A stretch of DNA of 32,000 nucleotides, taken from NCBI RefSeq assembly GCF_000196355.1, contig NC_007614.1, positions 2,310,001 through 2,342,000 on the forward strand, given 5' to 3'. Below the pieces are notes generated by a model that was not told where the DNA came from, made no database searches, and worked only from the letters and a program-made list of their open reading frames with translations. Below are positions 1-10,058 of the stretch, piece by piece. Positions within the stretch are counted from its first letter, which is position 1. The number at the start of each line of letters is the position of its first letter. A program made the translations under genes and the position numbers. The stretch comes from Nitrosospira multiformis ATCC 25196 (GTDB lineage: Bacteria > Pseudomonadota > Gammaproteobacteria > Burkholderiales > Nitrosomonadaceae).

Positions 1-214
1 GTACTGCTTCTTCCAGCGGTAGAACGTCTGTTCCGAGATTCCCACCTGCCGGATCAGATCCGCCACCGGCATCCCAAGCTCCGCCTGCTTTAATACCGCT
101 ACGATCTGTTCTATTGAAAACCGCTTCTTCTTCATGGCAAACACCCCTCCTTTCAAGGTCAAGTTTGCCGAAAAACTCACTTTCTGTCTGGTCCTGAATT
201 CCTAAAGCAGATCA
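1..214 (-). mobile_element. Partial IS3-family element, cut by the window edge; orfA N-terminus begins at 137 on the minus strand
   Basis: Minus-strand translation from 137: MKKKRFSIEQIVAVLKQAELGMPVADLIRQVGISEQTFYRWKKQ, an IS3 OrfA helix-turn-helix start. The probable end at 214 reads TGATCTGCT on the minus strand, like the right end of the IS at 8082-9280. Confidence 0.8.
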
Positions 215-762
215 CCCTGATACTGCTAACGCAATTCTATATAGAACAATAAAACCCTTTCCTATAACGATTACATCAAAGGATGGAACTTCAAAGCAAA
301 CGTTATATGTGGGTATTCCCGACAGGACAGGAGAAAGGGGAGGGGTTGAAGAGTTCTGGATTGATAGAGGATATTTTGTAGACAGAAAAGTTAATCTAAC
401 TTTCATAAATGGAGTTTTGACTCAAGATGAGACTACGTACCCGAGCGAAATATTAGGTTTCCTATCCTTACCTCTTGAACTTCTTAATGGGATATCATTA
501 TAACTGGAAGGTTTGATCAACGAACAGCAGAACTCCAAAAGCAGAAAGCCTACCTTGATGCGCTAAAACAACGTAACGAAGTACTACATGCTCCCGCAGA
601 TGCAGGAAAGGCGCCATAATATAATGTATGAATACGACGACTTCGTGACAGTTTTGAAAAATTCAGACTGTTTTCAAGAAGTCATTCGTGAATTACAAGC
701 GCAAAGAGATATTTCCAAGGTGGTTGGTTTTACGTGAGAACCACTTGGGTATACGGGCGTTT

Positions 763-1752
763 CTAATAACTAACCTTAAACGTGGGGCTATCCTCGGGCC
801 GGGTCTTGCGATGATCATAGATCCGGGTCGTGGCGATATTCGCATGCCCGAGCCACTCCTGCACCTTGGCGATGTCTGCCCCGTTGTCCAGTGCATTGGT
901 TGCGGCCGTGGCGCGCATGACATGTGGCCCCATGTTTTCCCCAAAAATCCCCAATTTCCTTAAATACTTCAGTACCACCTCGAAATAGATGGAATCGGGC
1001 GTGAGGGCCGTCAGGGTATGACCGTGCACATTGTTTTTGACTGGCCTAAACAAGGGCGCATCGGGATCGTGTCCATGGCCCGCGGCCTCCAGATACTCTT
1101 CGATCAGGGTCAGTGTGCCGGGGTGGGTGGGAATGAAGCGCATCTTGCCGCCCTTGCCCTTGATGCGCAGATGCGGCACTCCGCGGCGCGACTGGTTGTA
1201 GTCTTTCACCTTGAGGCGGGCCAATTCTTCGCGGCGGATGCCGTGATAGAGCAGGGCGGAGAGAATCGCCCGGTCGCGCTTGCCCTTGAGTGTCTTGGCA
1301 TTGGGAGCCTCGAGCAGGGCGCGCGCCTGGACGTCCCCCAATGCCGGCGTCTTGCCCTGCCAGGATTCTACCGGGGGGCGCTTCACGCCTTTGACCGGAT
1401 TGTGCGTGACCGCATTGGCTTCGCATAGGTACTCGAACAGGGAGGAGAGGGCCGCCAGTTTCCTGCGGATGGTGGCACCGCCCAGCTGCTCTTCTTCCAG
1501 GCGCTTCCTCCAGGCGAGCACATGGCTGCGGGTAATGAGCCGAAAATCCTCCGGGCTGACGATGCCGGCAAAAGCCATGAAGCCGCGCAAATCGTTCTGG
1601 TACGCGCGTCGGGTCTGCAGGCTGTCGATGTTGGCGAACCATTCGATCTCGGGTGGAACTTCCGCAAGTTTGCGAAATTGGGCGGAGGTCAGGGCACTGC
1701 CGGCGGCAGGCGCAGCCGGGGCGGCGGGGGAAATCATCAGTTCTTCACTCAT
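763..1752 (-). CDS. Tyrosine recombinase / phage integrase family protein (XerC/D-like)
   Basis: 329 aa with SAM-like N-terminal domain and catalytic pattern GIRREEL ... HVMRATAAT ... LGHANIATTRIYDH (R...HxxR...H...Y). Confidence 0.93.
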   Translation of the reverse strand: MSEELMISPAAPAAPAAGSALTSAQFRKLAEVPPEIEWFANIDSLQTRRAYQNDLRGFMAFAGIVSPEDFRLITRSHVLAWRKRLEEEQLGGATIRRKLAALSSLFEYLCEANAVTHNPVKGVKRPPVESWQGKTPALGDVQARALLEAPNAKTLKGKRDRAILSALLYHGIRREELARLKVKDYNQSRRGVPHLRIKGKGGKMRFIPTHPGTLTLIEEYLEAAGHGHDPDAPLFRPVKNNVHGHTLTALTPDSIYFEVVLKYLRKLGIFGENMGPHVMRATAATNALDNGADIAKVQEWLGHANIATTRIYDHRKTRPEDSPTFKVSY

Positions 1753-2041
1753 GCCAATTTATCCTGGGGGGAAGTACGGCTATATCTATGTTGATCATGT
1801 GGATAACCCTTTTTCAACACAAATAACCAATACCAGGCGACGATCATGGGGACGGAGGCGAATCCTCCCGCTCCCGGATCTTCTCCCTCCGCCTTCACCA
1901 ACATATCTGTGGCAGTGACCGAGATACAGGGCGAGGGCTGGGAAAAACTCCAACCTGCATCTCCCCAAATTTTTTCCCATATATATATATGCACACCATT
2001 GTCATATAGCCGCCTATTTGGGTCAGACCGGTTACAGCTGG

Positions 2042-2329
2042 TCAACCGGCACGCTTGCGCGCCGCCAACAATTTTCTCGCGCGCTCGACGATCCGCTCAC
2101 GATTGAACTCGCTCAATTGTCCAGCCGCAACCTCACTTAAAGCCTGCTCGATGTCCGTCTTGAGCGCGGCAAGTTCCTCCTGTCGAAGCTCGCGCCGAAC
2201 CTTCCAGTCGCGCAGCGCCTCGCGAATCACTTCGCTCGCCGAGGCGTAGTCGCCATCAAGAACGGCGGTCTTGATCGTTTGGCTAAGTTCAGGGGTGAGC
2301 GTGATGGTCAGGCGCTCGAGTTCGGTCAT
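2042..2329 (-). CDS. ParD-like ribbon-helix-helix antitoxin
   Basis: 95 aa: MTELERLTITLTPELSQTIKTAVLDGDYASASEVIREALRDWKVRRE, typical ParD/CopG N-terminus. No ParE-like ORF follows. Confidence 0.85.
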   Translation of the reverse strand: MTELERLTITLTPELSQTIKTAVLDGDYASASEVIREALRDWKVRRELRQEELAALKTDIEQALSEVAAGQLSEFNRERIVERARKLLAARKRAG

Positions 2330-2400
2330 TTAAGTGCCAATAACAAGTTCTTCATGATCATACTTTATCATACTCTGGGATTCAATCTAGAGCAAGATTT

Positions 2401-2434
2401 TACCCATGATAAAATATGTTATCATGGGTAAAAT
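2401..2434. repeat. Perfect inverted repeat, 14-bp arms, 6-nt spacer
   Basis: TTTACCCATGATAA-aatatg-TTATCATGGGTAAA, about 70 bp upstream of the ParD-like start. Confidence 0.9.
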
Positions 2435-2578
2435 AATAAGAGAGGAGAGGCAATTTTCTTGGCAATCAGGAAACAATTAGCCAGCTCAAAAGTAAGAAGC
2501 CTCATGCGGCGATTGCTCAACGCGTCCGCACATTCTTTATTTGGTAGGTTTGCAATTTCCGCAAGGGTGCGATAGAGG

Positions 2579-2986
2579 CTAATGCGTTGCGAATCTTAAA
2601 CGGTTACCGTCCGGGTCTGTTACCACCATTTCTCGAGTTCCCCATGGGGTGTCTTGGGGTGCCTCAATAGTGGTAATGCCTCGATTAGTAAATTCACTAT
2701 AGCAGTTGTCAACATCCGGAACTATGAAGTAGACCGCGCCACCAACTTGACAATCTCCAGTATGCTCCGTCAGAAAAATAACCTGATCTTTCCTGGTCAA
2801 TTGTATAAAGAGAGGAAAGCTTGGCTCGAACTGATGCTTCCAATCAACGCTGAAGCCCAAGCCTTCGACATAAAACGGCAGGCTAACAGTGGCGCTGATT
2901 ATCCGCAGTTGCGGTATAACTGTTTGGTTCAATATAAATTCCTTTGTTATTCCTGATACACACTTGAACACGCTATTGCTTCTCAC
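2579..2986 (-). CDS. VOC / glyoxalase superfamily protein (bleomycin-resistance-like fold)
   Basis: ...VIPQLRIISATVSLPFYVEGLGFSVDWKHQFEPSFPLFIQLTRKDQVIFLTEH...VYFIVPDVDNCYSEFTNRGI...WGTREMVVTDPDGNRLRFA. Confidence 0.82.
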   Translation of the reverse strand: MRSNSVFKCVSGITKEFILNQTVIPQLRIISATVSLPFYVEGLGFSVDWKHQFEPSFPLFIQLTRKDQVIFLTEHTGDCQVGGAVYFIVPDVDNCYSEFTNRGITTIEAPQDTPWGTREMVVTDPDGNRLRFATH

Positions 2987-3049
2987 TCTCTTATGTCGCG
3001 TCAGAGATTCATAATTAAGATAAATTCTCTATGGCTCGCGAGATGCTCG

Positions 3050-3240
3050 TTAATCCGTCATTCGGAGCATTTTGGCTATTTCTGAAATACGATAAGGCTT
3101 CCTTATAAATCTAAAGTTTTCTATGGGAGGATTTTCAGCTCTTGATGCAGGAAAGGTACAACCCGAAGCCAAGATTACTTTGATATCGGGAAGAAGGTTA
3201 CGTGGTGATCTCCAGAAGATCCGCCTGATCATCCACCACC
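3050..3240 (-). pseudogene. Remnant of the C-terminal receiver domain of the upstream kinase
   Basis: A different frame carries LLPDIKVILASGCTFPASRAENPPIENFRFIRKPYRISEIAKMLR, the typical end of a REC domain, directly after VVDDQADLLEITT. Confidence 0.7.
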
Positions 3241-4835
3241 AATGCCTTCTCATTTCCGCTTGCCAGGCCCCCGGAACCTTCATTCGTATCCCCTTCCAGC
3301 GCTGGCACGAATAGGGAAATAGCAGTGCCTTTGCCCACCGCCGTTTCAATTACCATATCCCCGCCGAATTGCTTGATCGTCCCGTACACCTGACTCAGCC
3401 CCAGCCCTGACCCTTTGCCAACCTCCTTAGTGGTAAAGAACGGCTCCACGGCTTGGGCCGCTACTTCCGGCAGCATCCCTGTACCGGTATCTTTCACAGT
3501 AACTTTCACATAGCGTCCTGCTGGCAGCTCATTGATTTCCTTTTCATCCAGTTCGAGCTGTTCAGTACTCAACGTAATAGCGCCCCCATCGGGCGTAGCG
3601 TCACGCGCATTGATAACCAGGTTTAATAATGCCGCCTCGAAGTGCGGCGCATCGATGATTACCGGTGGTAAAAGCGGATCAAGTTTCACATCAAACTCAA
3701 CAGAACCTTTATTGGCTCTGCGAAGTACCGGTTCAAAAGAACGTATGACGTGATTCAAATTGTACTTATCTTGCTTTAAGGGTTGCTTGCGAGCAAACGT
3801 CAACAATTGTTGCGTTAACATCGTCCCCTGAGCGGCTGCGCGCTGCATGCTTTCGAGCATCCGGGTGGAAGTTGGCGTCTGTGCTTGCTTTGCAATGATT
3901 TCAATCCCGTTGACAATGACGTTAAGCAGGTTATTGAAGTCGTGAGCAATCCCGCCCGTCAATTTGCCGATCGCTTCCAGCTTCTGGGACTGGAACAAGG
4001 CTTCTTTGGCACGCTCCAGCGCCTGCTCGGCCTCTCGCTTTCCCGTGATATCGCGCGTGATTTTTGCAAAACCAATCAATTCGCCAAGAGCGTTTCTAAT
4101 TGGGTCTATCACTACATTTGCCCAAAACCTGGAGCCGTCTTTCCGTACCCGCCAGCCTTCGCCTTCAAAGCGACCATCCGCTTCCGCAGTCTGTAATGCC
4201 ACCAATGGCAAGTCCTTGGCCTTGTCTTCCTGTATATAAAAGCGGGAGAAATGAGTGCCAACGGCTTCAGTTTGATCGAAGCCAGTAATCCGACGTGCCC
4301 CTGGATTCCAATTGGTAATGGTGCCATCTACCGACAGCATGTAGAGCGCGTAGTCCGTCACGCCCTCGACCAGTAACCGGAATTGCTCCTCACTGGCGTG
4401 CAGAGCCTCGGTTGCCTTCTTGCGCGCGGTAATATCACGGGTGATTTTAGCGAAACCAATCAGCATGCCCTCGGGATCCCGAATTGGATCAATGACGATG
4501 CTGGCCCAGAACCGATTGCCATCCTTGCGCACGCGCCAGCCTTCATCTTCGAATCTTCCCTCTTTGGCTGCCGTTTGCAAGGCCTTGAATGGAATATTGG
4601 CCGCCCTGTCTTCCTCTGTATAAAACCGGGAGAAGTGCTGACCTATGATTTCTTCAGCCGTATAGCCTTTAAACCTCTGCGCACCAGCATTCCAACTGCA
4701 GACGCGGCCTTCAGGGTTGAGCATGTAAAGCGCGTAGTCAGTTACGCTGGCAACGAATAGCTGAAAGCGTTCTGATTCAGCATATGACTCGATAGAAAGG
4801 GAGGACAGTGTCATTTTTACCTTCATATAAAGCAA
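3198..4835 (-). CDS. PAS-PAS hybrid sensor histidine kinase (C-terminal receiver domain disrupted)
   Basis: Two near-identical PAS/PAC repeats (FxLLVxxVTDYALYML...GFAKITRDIT), HisKA box LEAIGKLTGGIAHDFNNLLNVI, HATPase N and G boxes (NARDATPDGG, VKDTGTGM, GKGSGLGLSQVYGTIKQFGG), ending EKALVVDDQADLLEITT. Confidence 0.93.
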   Translation of the reverse strand: MLYMKVKMTLSSLSIESYAESERFQLFVASVTDYALYMLNPEGRVCSWNAGAQRFKGYTAEEIIGQHFSRFYTEEDRAANIPFKALQTAAKEGRFEDEGWRVRKDGNRFWASIVIDPIRDPEGMLIGFAKITRDITARKKATEALHASEEQFRLLVEGVTDYALYMLSVDGTITNWNPGARRITGFDQTEAVGTHFSRFYIQEDKAKDLPLVALQTAEADGRFEGEGWRVRKDGSRFWANVVIDPIRNALGELIGFAKITRDITGKREAEQALERAKEALFQSQKLEAIGKLTGGIAHDFNNLLNVIVNGIEIIAKQAQTPTSTRMLESMQRAAAQGTMLTQQLLTFARKQPLKQDKYNLNHVIRSFEPVLRRANKGSVEFDVKLDPLLPPVIIDAPHFEAALLNLVINARDATPDGGAITLSTEQLELDEKEINELPAGRYVKVTVKDTGTGMLPEVAAQAVEPFFTTKEVGKGSGLGLSQVYGTIKQFGGDMVIETAVGKGTAISLFVPALEGDTNEGSGGLASGNEKALVVDDQADLLEITT

Positions 4836-5212
4836 GCTAATGATTATTTGCCTAAGGAAAGCTTACTCATCATGCGTGTTTCCGAAATGGAGGGTACCTG
4901 GGAACCTCAGTTCTCGGATATATACTGATGAGGTGTTATATTTTAATCAGGACCTCCTCAGGAGGGAAAATAAATGGATAAGAGCTATCAAGTCGAACAA
5001 GGCAGCGATTATCAACCCAGCGAGTATTGGACCTTGCTTTAGAGGCACAGGAATCGAGGGCACCAATTGCTACGGGTATCCCCTCCCAGAAAAGCATTTT
5101 TTAACACCTTATTTTCTCCTTTCTTCTTTTTAATTGAGATTTATGCCAAATGGCAAGCTAGAGAAGCAAGAAATACGCCAGTGTTCTTTTTCCATAAGGT
5201 TTAGAGGTTTAT

Positions 5213-5692
5213 GTGAGAAAGGCTAGAAGGGAAGTAAAAATCTTTCCTGTCAAATCCTGGACACTCGGCAACGGGCAGAACATCGTCCGCAACTTCGACC
5301 TCGATGGGCGCATCACAAGCCATAGCCTTGGATCGCTTGCCTACGATGCGGCTTCGCGCATCACCGGCATATCCCTGGGCGGCGTCAGTATCGTAGGCAG
5401 CAGCAAGACTTACGGCTATGATGCCACGGATCGGCTGATTTCCTTCAGCGACGGAACGTCGGCTGAGACCTATGCTTATGACGCAGCTGGCAATCGCACT
5501 GGCCAGACCATCAACGGCATGGCCTACACCTACTCCGTGAGTTATGCCAGCAACCGTCTGGACGCGATGGCCGGACCGGGCAGTTCCCTGCACTACAGCT
5601 ATGACGCCAACGGCAGCCTGGTCAATGACGGCCAGAGGAGTGAGTCACTTACCTTGACAATCCGTATTCATCATGATCTAGTTTTCAAATGA
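5213..5692 (+). pseudogene. RHS/YD-repeat protein fragment
   Basis: YDAASRITGISL...YGYDATDRLISF...ETYAYDAAGNRTGQ...LHYSYDANGSLVNDGQR, truncated on both sides compared with normal RHS proteins. Confidence 0.75.
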
Positions 5693-6019
5693 AGGAGCCC
5701 GCGACAATTATTCAAAGAAGGAGTGACTCGTCATGAAAACAGCCTTTAGTTCTAAAGTAATGCGAAGCTTGATCCTTGCCGCCTCCCTGTGCGGGAGTGT
5801 CGGCTTCCTTTCCCCTGCCTTCGGCCAGTCTTTCGATACCTCATACCTTATCGACCTGAACACGAAAGAATGGACCAGATTGGGAACTTTGGGGAGTTAC
5901 GGTTCCATTTATTTCGGTTCCACTTCCGCATACGCCATCAATGATTCCGGACGGGTGGTCGGTACGGCTAGCACAATTCCTCCTTCTGATCCTAATGATC
6001 AATTATTTTATATTCCTAG

Positions 6020-6834
6020 GGCCTGTTCACAGTAGTTGATTTGTGTTTACATCCGGAATTTGGATGTGGGTCATGGATCGGGACATGTTGAGCGATGCGC
6101 AGTGGGCTCGTATTTCGGGACTATTGCCGGGCAAGCCAACCGACAAGGGAGGGCGAGCGGCGGATAACCGGTTGTTCGTTGAGGCGGTGCTATACACGGC
6201 GCGGGTTGGAAACCCCTGGCGCGACCTGCCGCCGAAGTTTGGGAACTGGCATTCGGTGTATGTGCGCTTCGCGCGCTGGGAAGCCAACGGCGTGTGGTCG
6301 CGTGTTGCCGAAGCGCTCCAGGGCGAGGCCGATCTGGAAGAGCTATTCATCGACTCAACCGTCGTGCGTGCGCACCAGCACTCGGCTGGCGCGTCAAAAA
6401 AAACGGTAGCGATCAGGCGATCGGCCGCTCGCGTGGTGGGCTGACTACCAAGATCCATGCATGCGTGGATGCCTTGGGCAATCCATTGCGCCTGATCCTC
6501 ACCGGTGGCCAAGTAGCCGACATTACACAAGGGCCCGCACTGATCAATTCCATCAAGACTGATGCAGTTGTCGCCGACAAGGGATACGACAGCCACGTGT
6601 TCGTCGCAGTGATCACCGAGACGGGGGCTGAGGCCGTCATCCCGTCTCGGAGCAACCGATGCGCCTCGCGCGAGTTCGATCGGGAGCGGTACAAAGCGCG
6701 TAACCTGGTGGAGCGATTCTTCAATCGGCTCAAACAATTTCGTCGCCTCGCGACCCGCTACGACAAACTCGCCAACCGCTTCAATGCTTTCTTGCATCTG
6801 GCTTGCGCCTACATCTGGCTACTGTGAACACGCT
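6020..6834 (+). mobile_element. IS5-family (IS427-like) insertion sequence, 815 bp
   Basis: Ends GGCCTGTTCACAGTAG and (reverse complement) AGCGTGTTCACAGTAG, flanked by CTAG on both sides. Encodes a DDE transposase in two frames. Confidence 0.9.
6043..6827 (+). CDS. IS5-family transposase (OrfA 6043-6444; OrfB in the -1 frame ending 6827)
   Basis: WRDLPPKFGNWHSVYVRFARW; IDSTVVRAHQHSAGASKK; then KKNGSDQAIGRSRGGLTTKIHACVDALG...ADKGYDS...NLVERFFNRLKQFRRLATRYDK. Switch point is an A8 run at 6396-6403. Confidence 0.92.
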
Positions 6835-8129
6835 CTAGTTCTATTGGTTTTATTACTGGCCCAAATGGAGTCGGCATTACCGAGGTGGGTTTTAATCCCC
6901 GCGATCTCAACAATTCTGGACAGGTAGTGGGAGGTCTTCAGGTCCCTCAAGACGTGCCCCTTTTTTTCCACTCGTATATCACTGGACCGAATGGGGAGGG
7001 AAGGACTCCGATAAAGTCTTTAGCTAAAAATGAATCTGACTTCACTGTAGCTTACGGTATCAATGATGCCGGACAGGTAGCAGGGGGATCATGGACGGGC
7101 GAAGGCGGTTCGAATCATGCTTTCATAACTGGCCCAAATGGTGTGGGCACGATAGATCTAGATCTTTTCGGCGGAAATCACAGTAGGGCCATCGGCATTA
7201 ATAATACTGCCCAGGTAGCGGTCGAGGCAGAGATGGCCGATTATTCGACGCGCGCTTTCATCACCGGTCCGAATGGCGTGGGCATGACTGACCTCGGCAC
7301 TCTTGGTGGAGCCAGCAGCTTTGTTTCCGGAATCAATGACAGCGGGCAGGTAGTGGGACATTCTGAGACTGCCGCAGGTTCCAGGCATGCTTTTATCACC
7401 GGTCCGGATGGCCAGGACATGATCGACCTGGGTACGCTCGGCGGGAGCTTCAGCAGCGCGGCGGATATCAATGAGGCCGAACAGGTAGTGGGAAGTTCTG
7501 AAACCGCAGCAGGTTCCGAGCATGCTTTTATCACTGGTCCGCATGGAACCGGCATGATGGATTTGAACGCGCTGGTGCATCTGCCTGAAGGCGTTATCCT
7601 CACCACCGCAACCGGGATCAATAATGTCGGTCAGGTTATAGCGATCGGCACAGTCCCGGAACCCTCATCCTACGCCCTGATGCTCGCGGGCCTGGCTCTC
7701 GTCGGGATAGTGATTCGATGCAGGGAAGTTGTTTAAAGCAGCGGCACTTTAAGTAGCAATAGGTCTTGCGGAGAAGCTGGGTCACCCTGAAGGGGAGCGT
7801 CAGTTACTTTCAATACCAGGATCAATGGAAGACTCCCTACTCTCCCACATCAAGATGAGAACGGAGGAAAGCCCTATGATCCTCGAAGTAACGATTTTTG
7901 CCCCCCGAGCATAAGGATTAGTTCGAGGATCCATGTATAGTTAAGTTAATATGAGTTATGTAAATAATATAACTTAGCGTAAGCTACTTATATATGCTGG
8001 CGGTGGAGGATGCAATCCTAGTTCACTTGGGAATGCCCAGGTAAACGAGCAGCTTCTCGTTTTCAGCTTTGAGAGTTACCCTGACCTGCTATTGATTTTT
8101 GTAGCCAGTTTCGAAGTGGGTCTTCCGGT

Positions 8130-8951
8130 TCAAACATTCTGGATTTGCAACCTTTGCAAGCCTGCCTGGGCTGGAGTTCGGTTGGCGAGCGCAGAATGCG
8201 GGCGCTCGTTGTTATAAAACTGCCGCCATTTCTCGATCAATACTTTCGCTTCCTGCCGTGTGATGAACCATTCGCGGTTGAGGCATTCATCACGCAATTT
8301 ACCGTTGAAGCTTTCCACGAATCCATTCTGCCAAGGGCTGCCAGGCTTGATAAAGGCTGGCCCCACGTTATTGTCTCGCAGCCATGTCATTACTGCGGTT
8401 GCAGTAAATTCAGCGCCATTGTCCGAGCGAATAAAGGCAGGCTTTCCATAGATACGCATCAGCCGTGACAGGGTCAGGATGACATCCTGGTTACGCAGCG
8501 ATTTGCCGACTTCGATTGCAAGGCACTCACGCGTATGCTCATCCAGCACGCAAAGCAGCTTTAGCGTCTGCCCATTGGCCAGCCGGTCATGGACGAAATC
8601 ATAAGTCCAGACACTGTTTGGTTTTGTTGCTCCAGGAAGGCGTATATCCGTCCCGCAGCGGCGTTTCCTGGGCCTGCGCCTGGGCAAGCTTAGTCCCAGC
8701 TTACCCCACAAGCGCCACACACGCCCCATACTCTGATCAGTCATGACAGCAATGCGCCGATACCCAAAACGGGGATAGCGGCTTGATGCTTCAATTATCC
8801 GTGTGGCAACAGCACGATCCTTAACGGGCTGCTTGACCTCATAACTGCCAATACGACGGCTTACCCCGACAATTCGACACGCTGATCGCTGCGATAACCC
8901 CTTGCCCGTCAAAATTCCAAGCGCTTCGCGTCTGGCTGCCGGGGTTACCAT
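8130..8951 (-). CDS. IS3-family transposase OrfB (rve integrase core)
   Basis: [17 protein letters not shown]...[17 protein letters not shown]...[11 protein letters not shown]...[19 protein letters not shown]. Confidence 0.94.
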   Translation of the reverse strand: MVTPAARREALGILTGKGLSQRSACRIVGVSRRIGSYEVKQPVKDRAVATRIIEASSRYPRFGYRRIAVMTDQSMGRVWRLWGKLGLSLPRRRPRKRRCGTDIRLPGATKPNSVWTYDFVHDRLANGQTLKLLCVLDEHTRECLAIEVGKSLRNQDVILTLSRLMRIYGKPAFIRSDNGAEFTATAVMTWLRDNNVGPAFIKPGSPWQNGFVESFNGKLRDECLNREWFITRQEAKVLIEKWRQFYNNERPHSALANRTPAQAGLQRLQIQNV

Positions 8952-9247
8952 TTTTTTGTGGCAATCTCCTTCAAACCCTCGATAGCCAGCATCTGCTCAG
9001 CAACAATCTTCTTCAGCTTCGCATTCTCCGACTCCAGATCCTTTAACCGGCGCGCATCCGATACCGTCATACCTCCAAACTTCGTGCGCCACCGGAAAAA
9101 TGTCTGCTCCGTAATGTTGTGCTTGCGGCATACATCTCGGATAACCACCCCATCCGCTTCACCTTCCCTCAGTATCCCAATAATCTGCTCTTCACTGAAT
9201 CGCTTCTTCATTTTCGCCTCCATGTCAAAATTAACATGAAGACTCAC
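8945..9247 (-). CDS. IS3-family transposase OrfA
   Basis: [48 protein letters not shown]... with coiled region. An A7 run sits at the junction with orfB. Confidence 0.92.
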   Translation of the reverse strand: MSLHVNFDMEAKMKKRFSEEQIIGILREGEADGVVIRDVCRKHNITEQTFFRWRTKFGGMTVSDARRLKDLESENAKLKKIVAEQMLAIEGLKEIATKKW

Positions 9248-9441
9248 TTAGAGGGTGGTCACAAAATTCTTAGCAGATCAACCCACCCCCTTCACCCCTC
9301 TTGCCTTACTCACTCGGCTGGGGCTTCGGGCGTGGATAACTCTCCAACCTAATCATCTCTTCCAACGGGCGAGAGTTCCATTGCGGCAAGCTCTCCCGCA
9401 GCAAATTCCAACCCTAAAATGGTCGTATGGAATCATACTTA

Positions 9442-9461
9442 GGGGTCGTCTCAGAAAACGG
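9442..9461. repeat. Tn3-family terminal inverted repeat remnant
   Basis: GGGGTCGTCTCAGAAAACGG, the characteristic outer end of Tn3-family transposons, next to a resolvase remnant. Confidence 0.7.
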
Positions 9462-9474
9462 ATCGCAAAGTACA

Positions 9475-9870
9475 TTAAGGCTGTTCGGAAGCCGGAATCC
9501 AGCGATAAAGCGTTGGAATGGATACGCCGAGGTTCCTGGCCACATCCCGTGGCGGTACGCCATTAGTTAACAGTTTTTTTGCAGAAGCGATCTTGCTGTC
9601 GGTCATCTGGCGTTTTCGGCCGCCCTTGCGCCCTAGCTGGCGAGCGACTTCCAGGCCGGTATGCGTGCGCTCTATCGTCAGTTCCCGCTCCATCTCGGCG
9701 AGGCTGGCCATGACATGGAAGAAGAAACGGCCTTATGGGGTACCGGTATCGATAGCGTCGGTGAGGCTCTTGAACTGGACGCCTTGCTTATGGAGCTCGC
9801 CAATGTATCCGGTTTATGGCGGGGTAGAGACAGGATATGTCCAGGGCGAAAGCCTAAAATCCTGACCGTT
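9475..9870 (-). pseudogene. Serine recombinase / resolvase (TnpR-like) remnant
   Basis: Minus strand: ELHKQGVQFKSLTDAIDTGTP-stop-GRFFFHVMASLAEMERELTIERTHTGLEVARQLGRKGGRKRQMTDSKIASAKKLLTNGVPPRDVARNLGVSIPTLYRWIPASEQP. In-frame TAA interrupts the catalytic domain and upstream sequence is degenerate. Confidence 0.85.
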
Positions 9871-10058
9871 TCCTTTTGACCGAGAGTGCGCCCGCCGCCT
9901 GCGCAAATGAATATTCTCACTTCACCATCCAATACGCCTGGTGTCAATGCTGAGTCGGATTGCGCCCTTCTACCCGGACTGATGAATAAGTGTCGCTATG
10001 GGGCATTACCCGGGTTCCCCTGCCCGAGATCCTTCCTCCAAAAGTGGAGTTGCCCCTA

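Larger units (their letters stand above)
5733..7736 (+). pseudogene. HAF-repeat PEP-CTERM-type exported protein gene, split by an IS5-family element
   Basis: N-terminal ORF 5733-6035 has a signal peptide. C-terminal ORF 6885-7736 has repeated HAFITGPNGxGMxDLGTLGG...INNxGQVVG units and an EPSSYALMLAGLALVGIVIR tail. Removing 6020-6834 plus one CTAG restores one frame. Confidence 0.88.
8082..9280 (-). mobile_element. IS3-family insertion sequence, 1199 bp
   Basis: Left end TGACCTGCTA, right end (reverse complement) TGATCTGCTA; 4-bp ACCC duplication at 8078-8081 and 9281-9284; orfA and orfB inside. Confidence 0.9.
8052..9344. repeat. Dispersed palindromic element, copy A, interrupted by the IS at 8082-9280
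   Basis: 8052-8081 (gcttctcgttttcagctttgagagttaccc) plus 9285-9344 (acccccttcacccctcttgccttactcactcggctggggcttcgggcgtggataactctc) match the intact copy at 19677-19766. Confidence 0.85.

Noticed and set aside
1018-1918. ORFs 1018-1428, 1280-1918 and 1046-1642 overlapping the integrase
   Set aside because: Antisense or alternate-frame shadows of the recombinase gene with low-complexity composition.
3532-4760. Several plus-strand ORFs antisense to the histidine kinase
   Set aside because: No motifs; explained by the coding bias of the kinase on the other strand.
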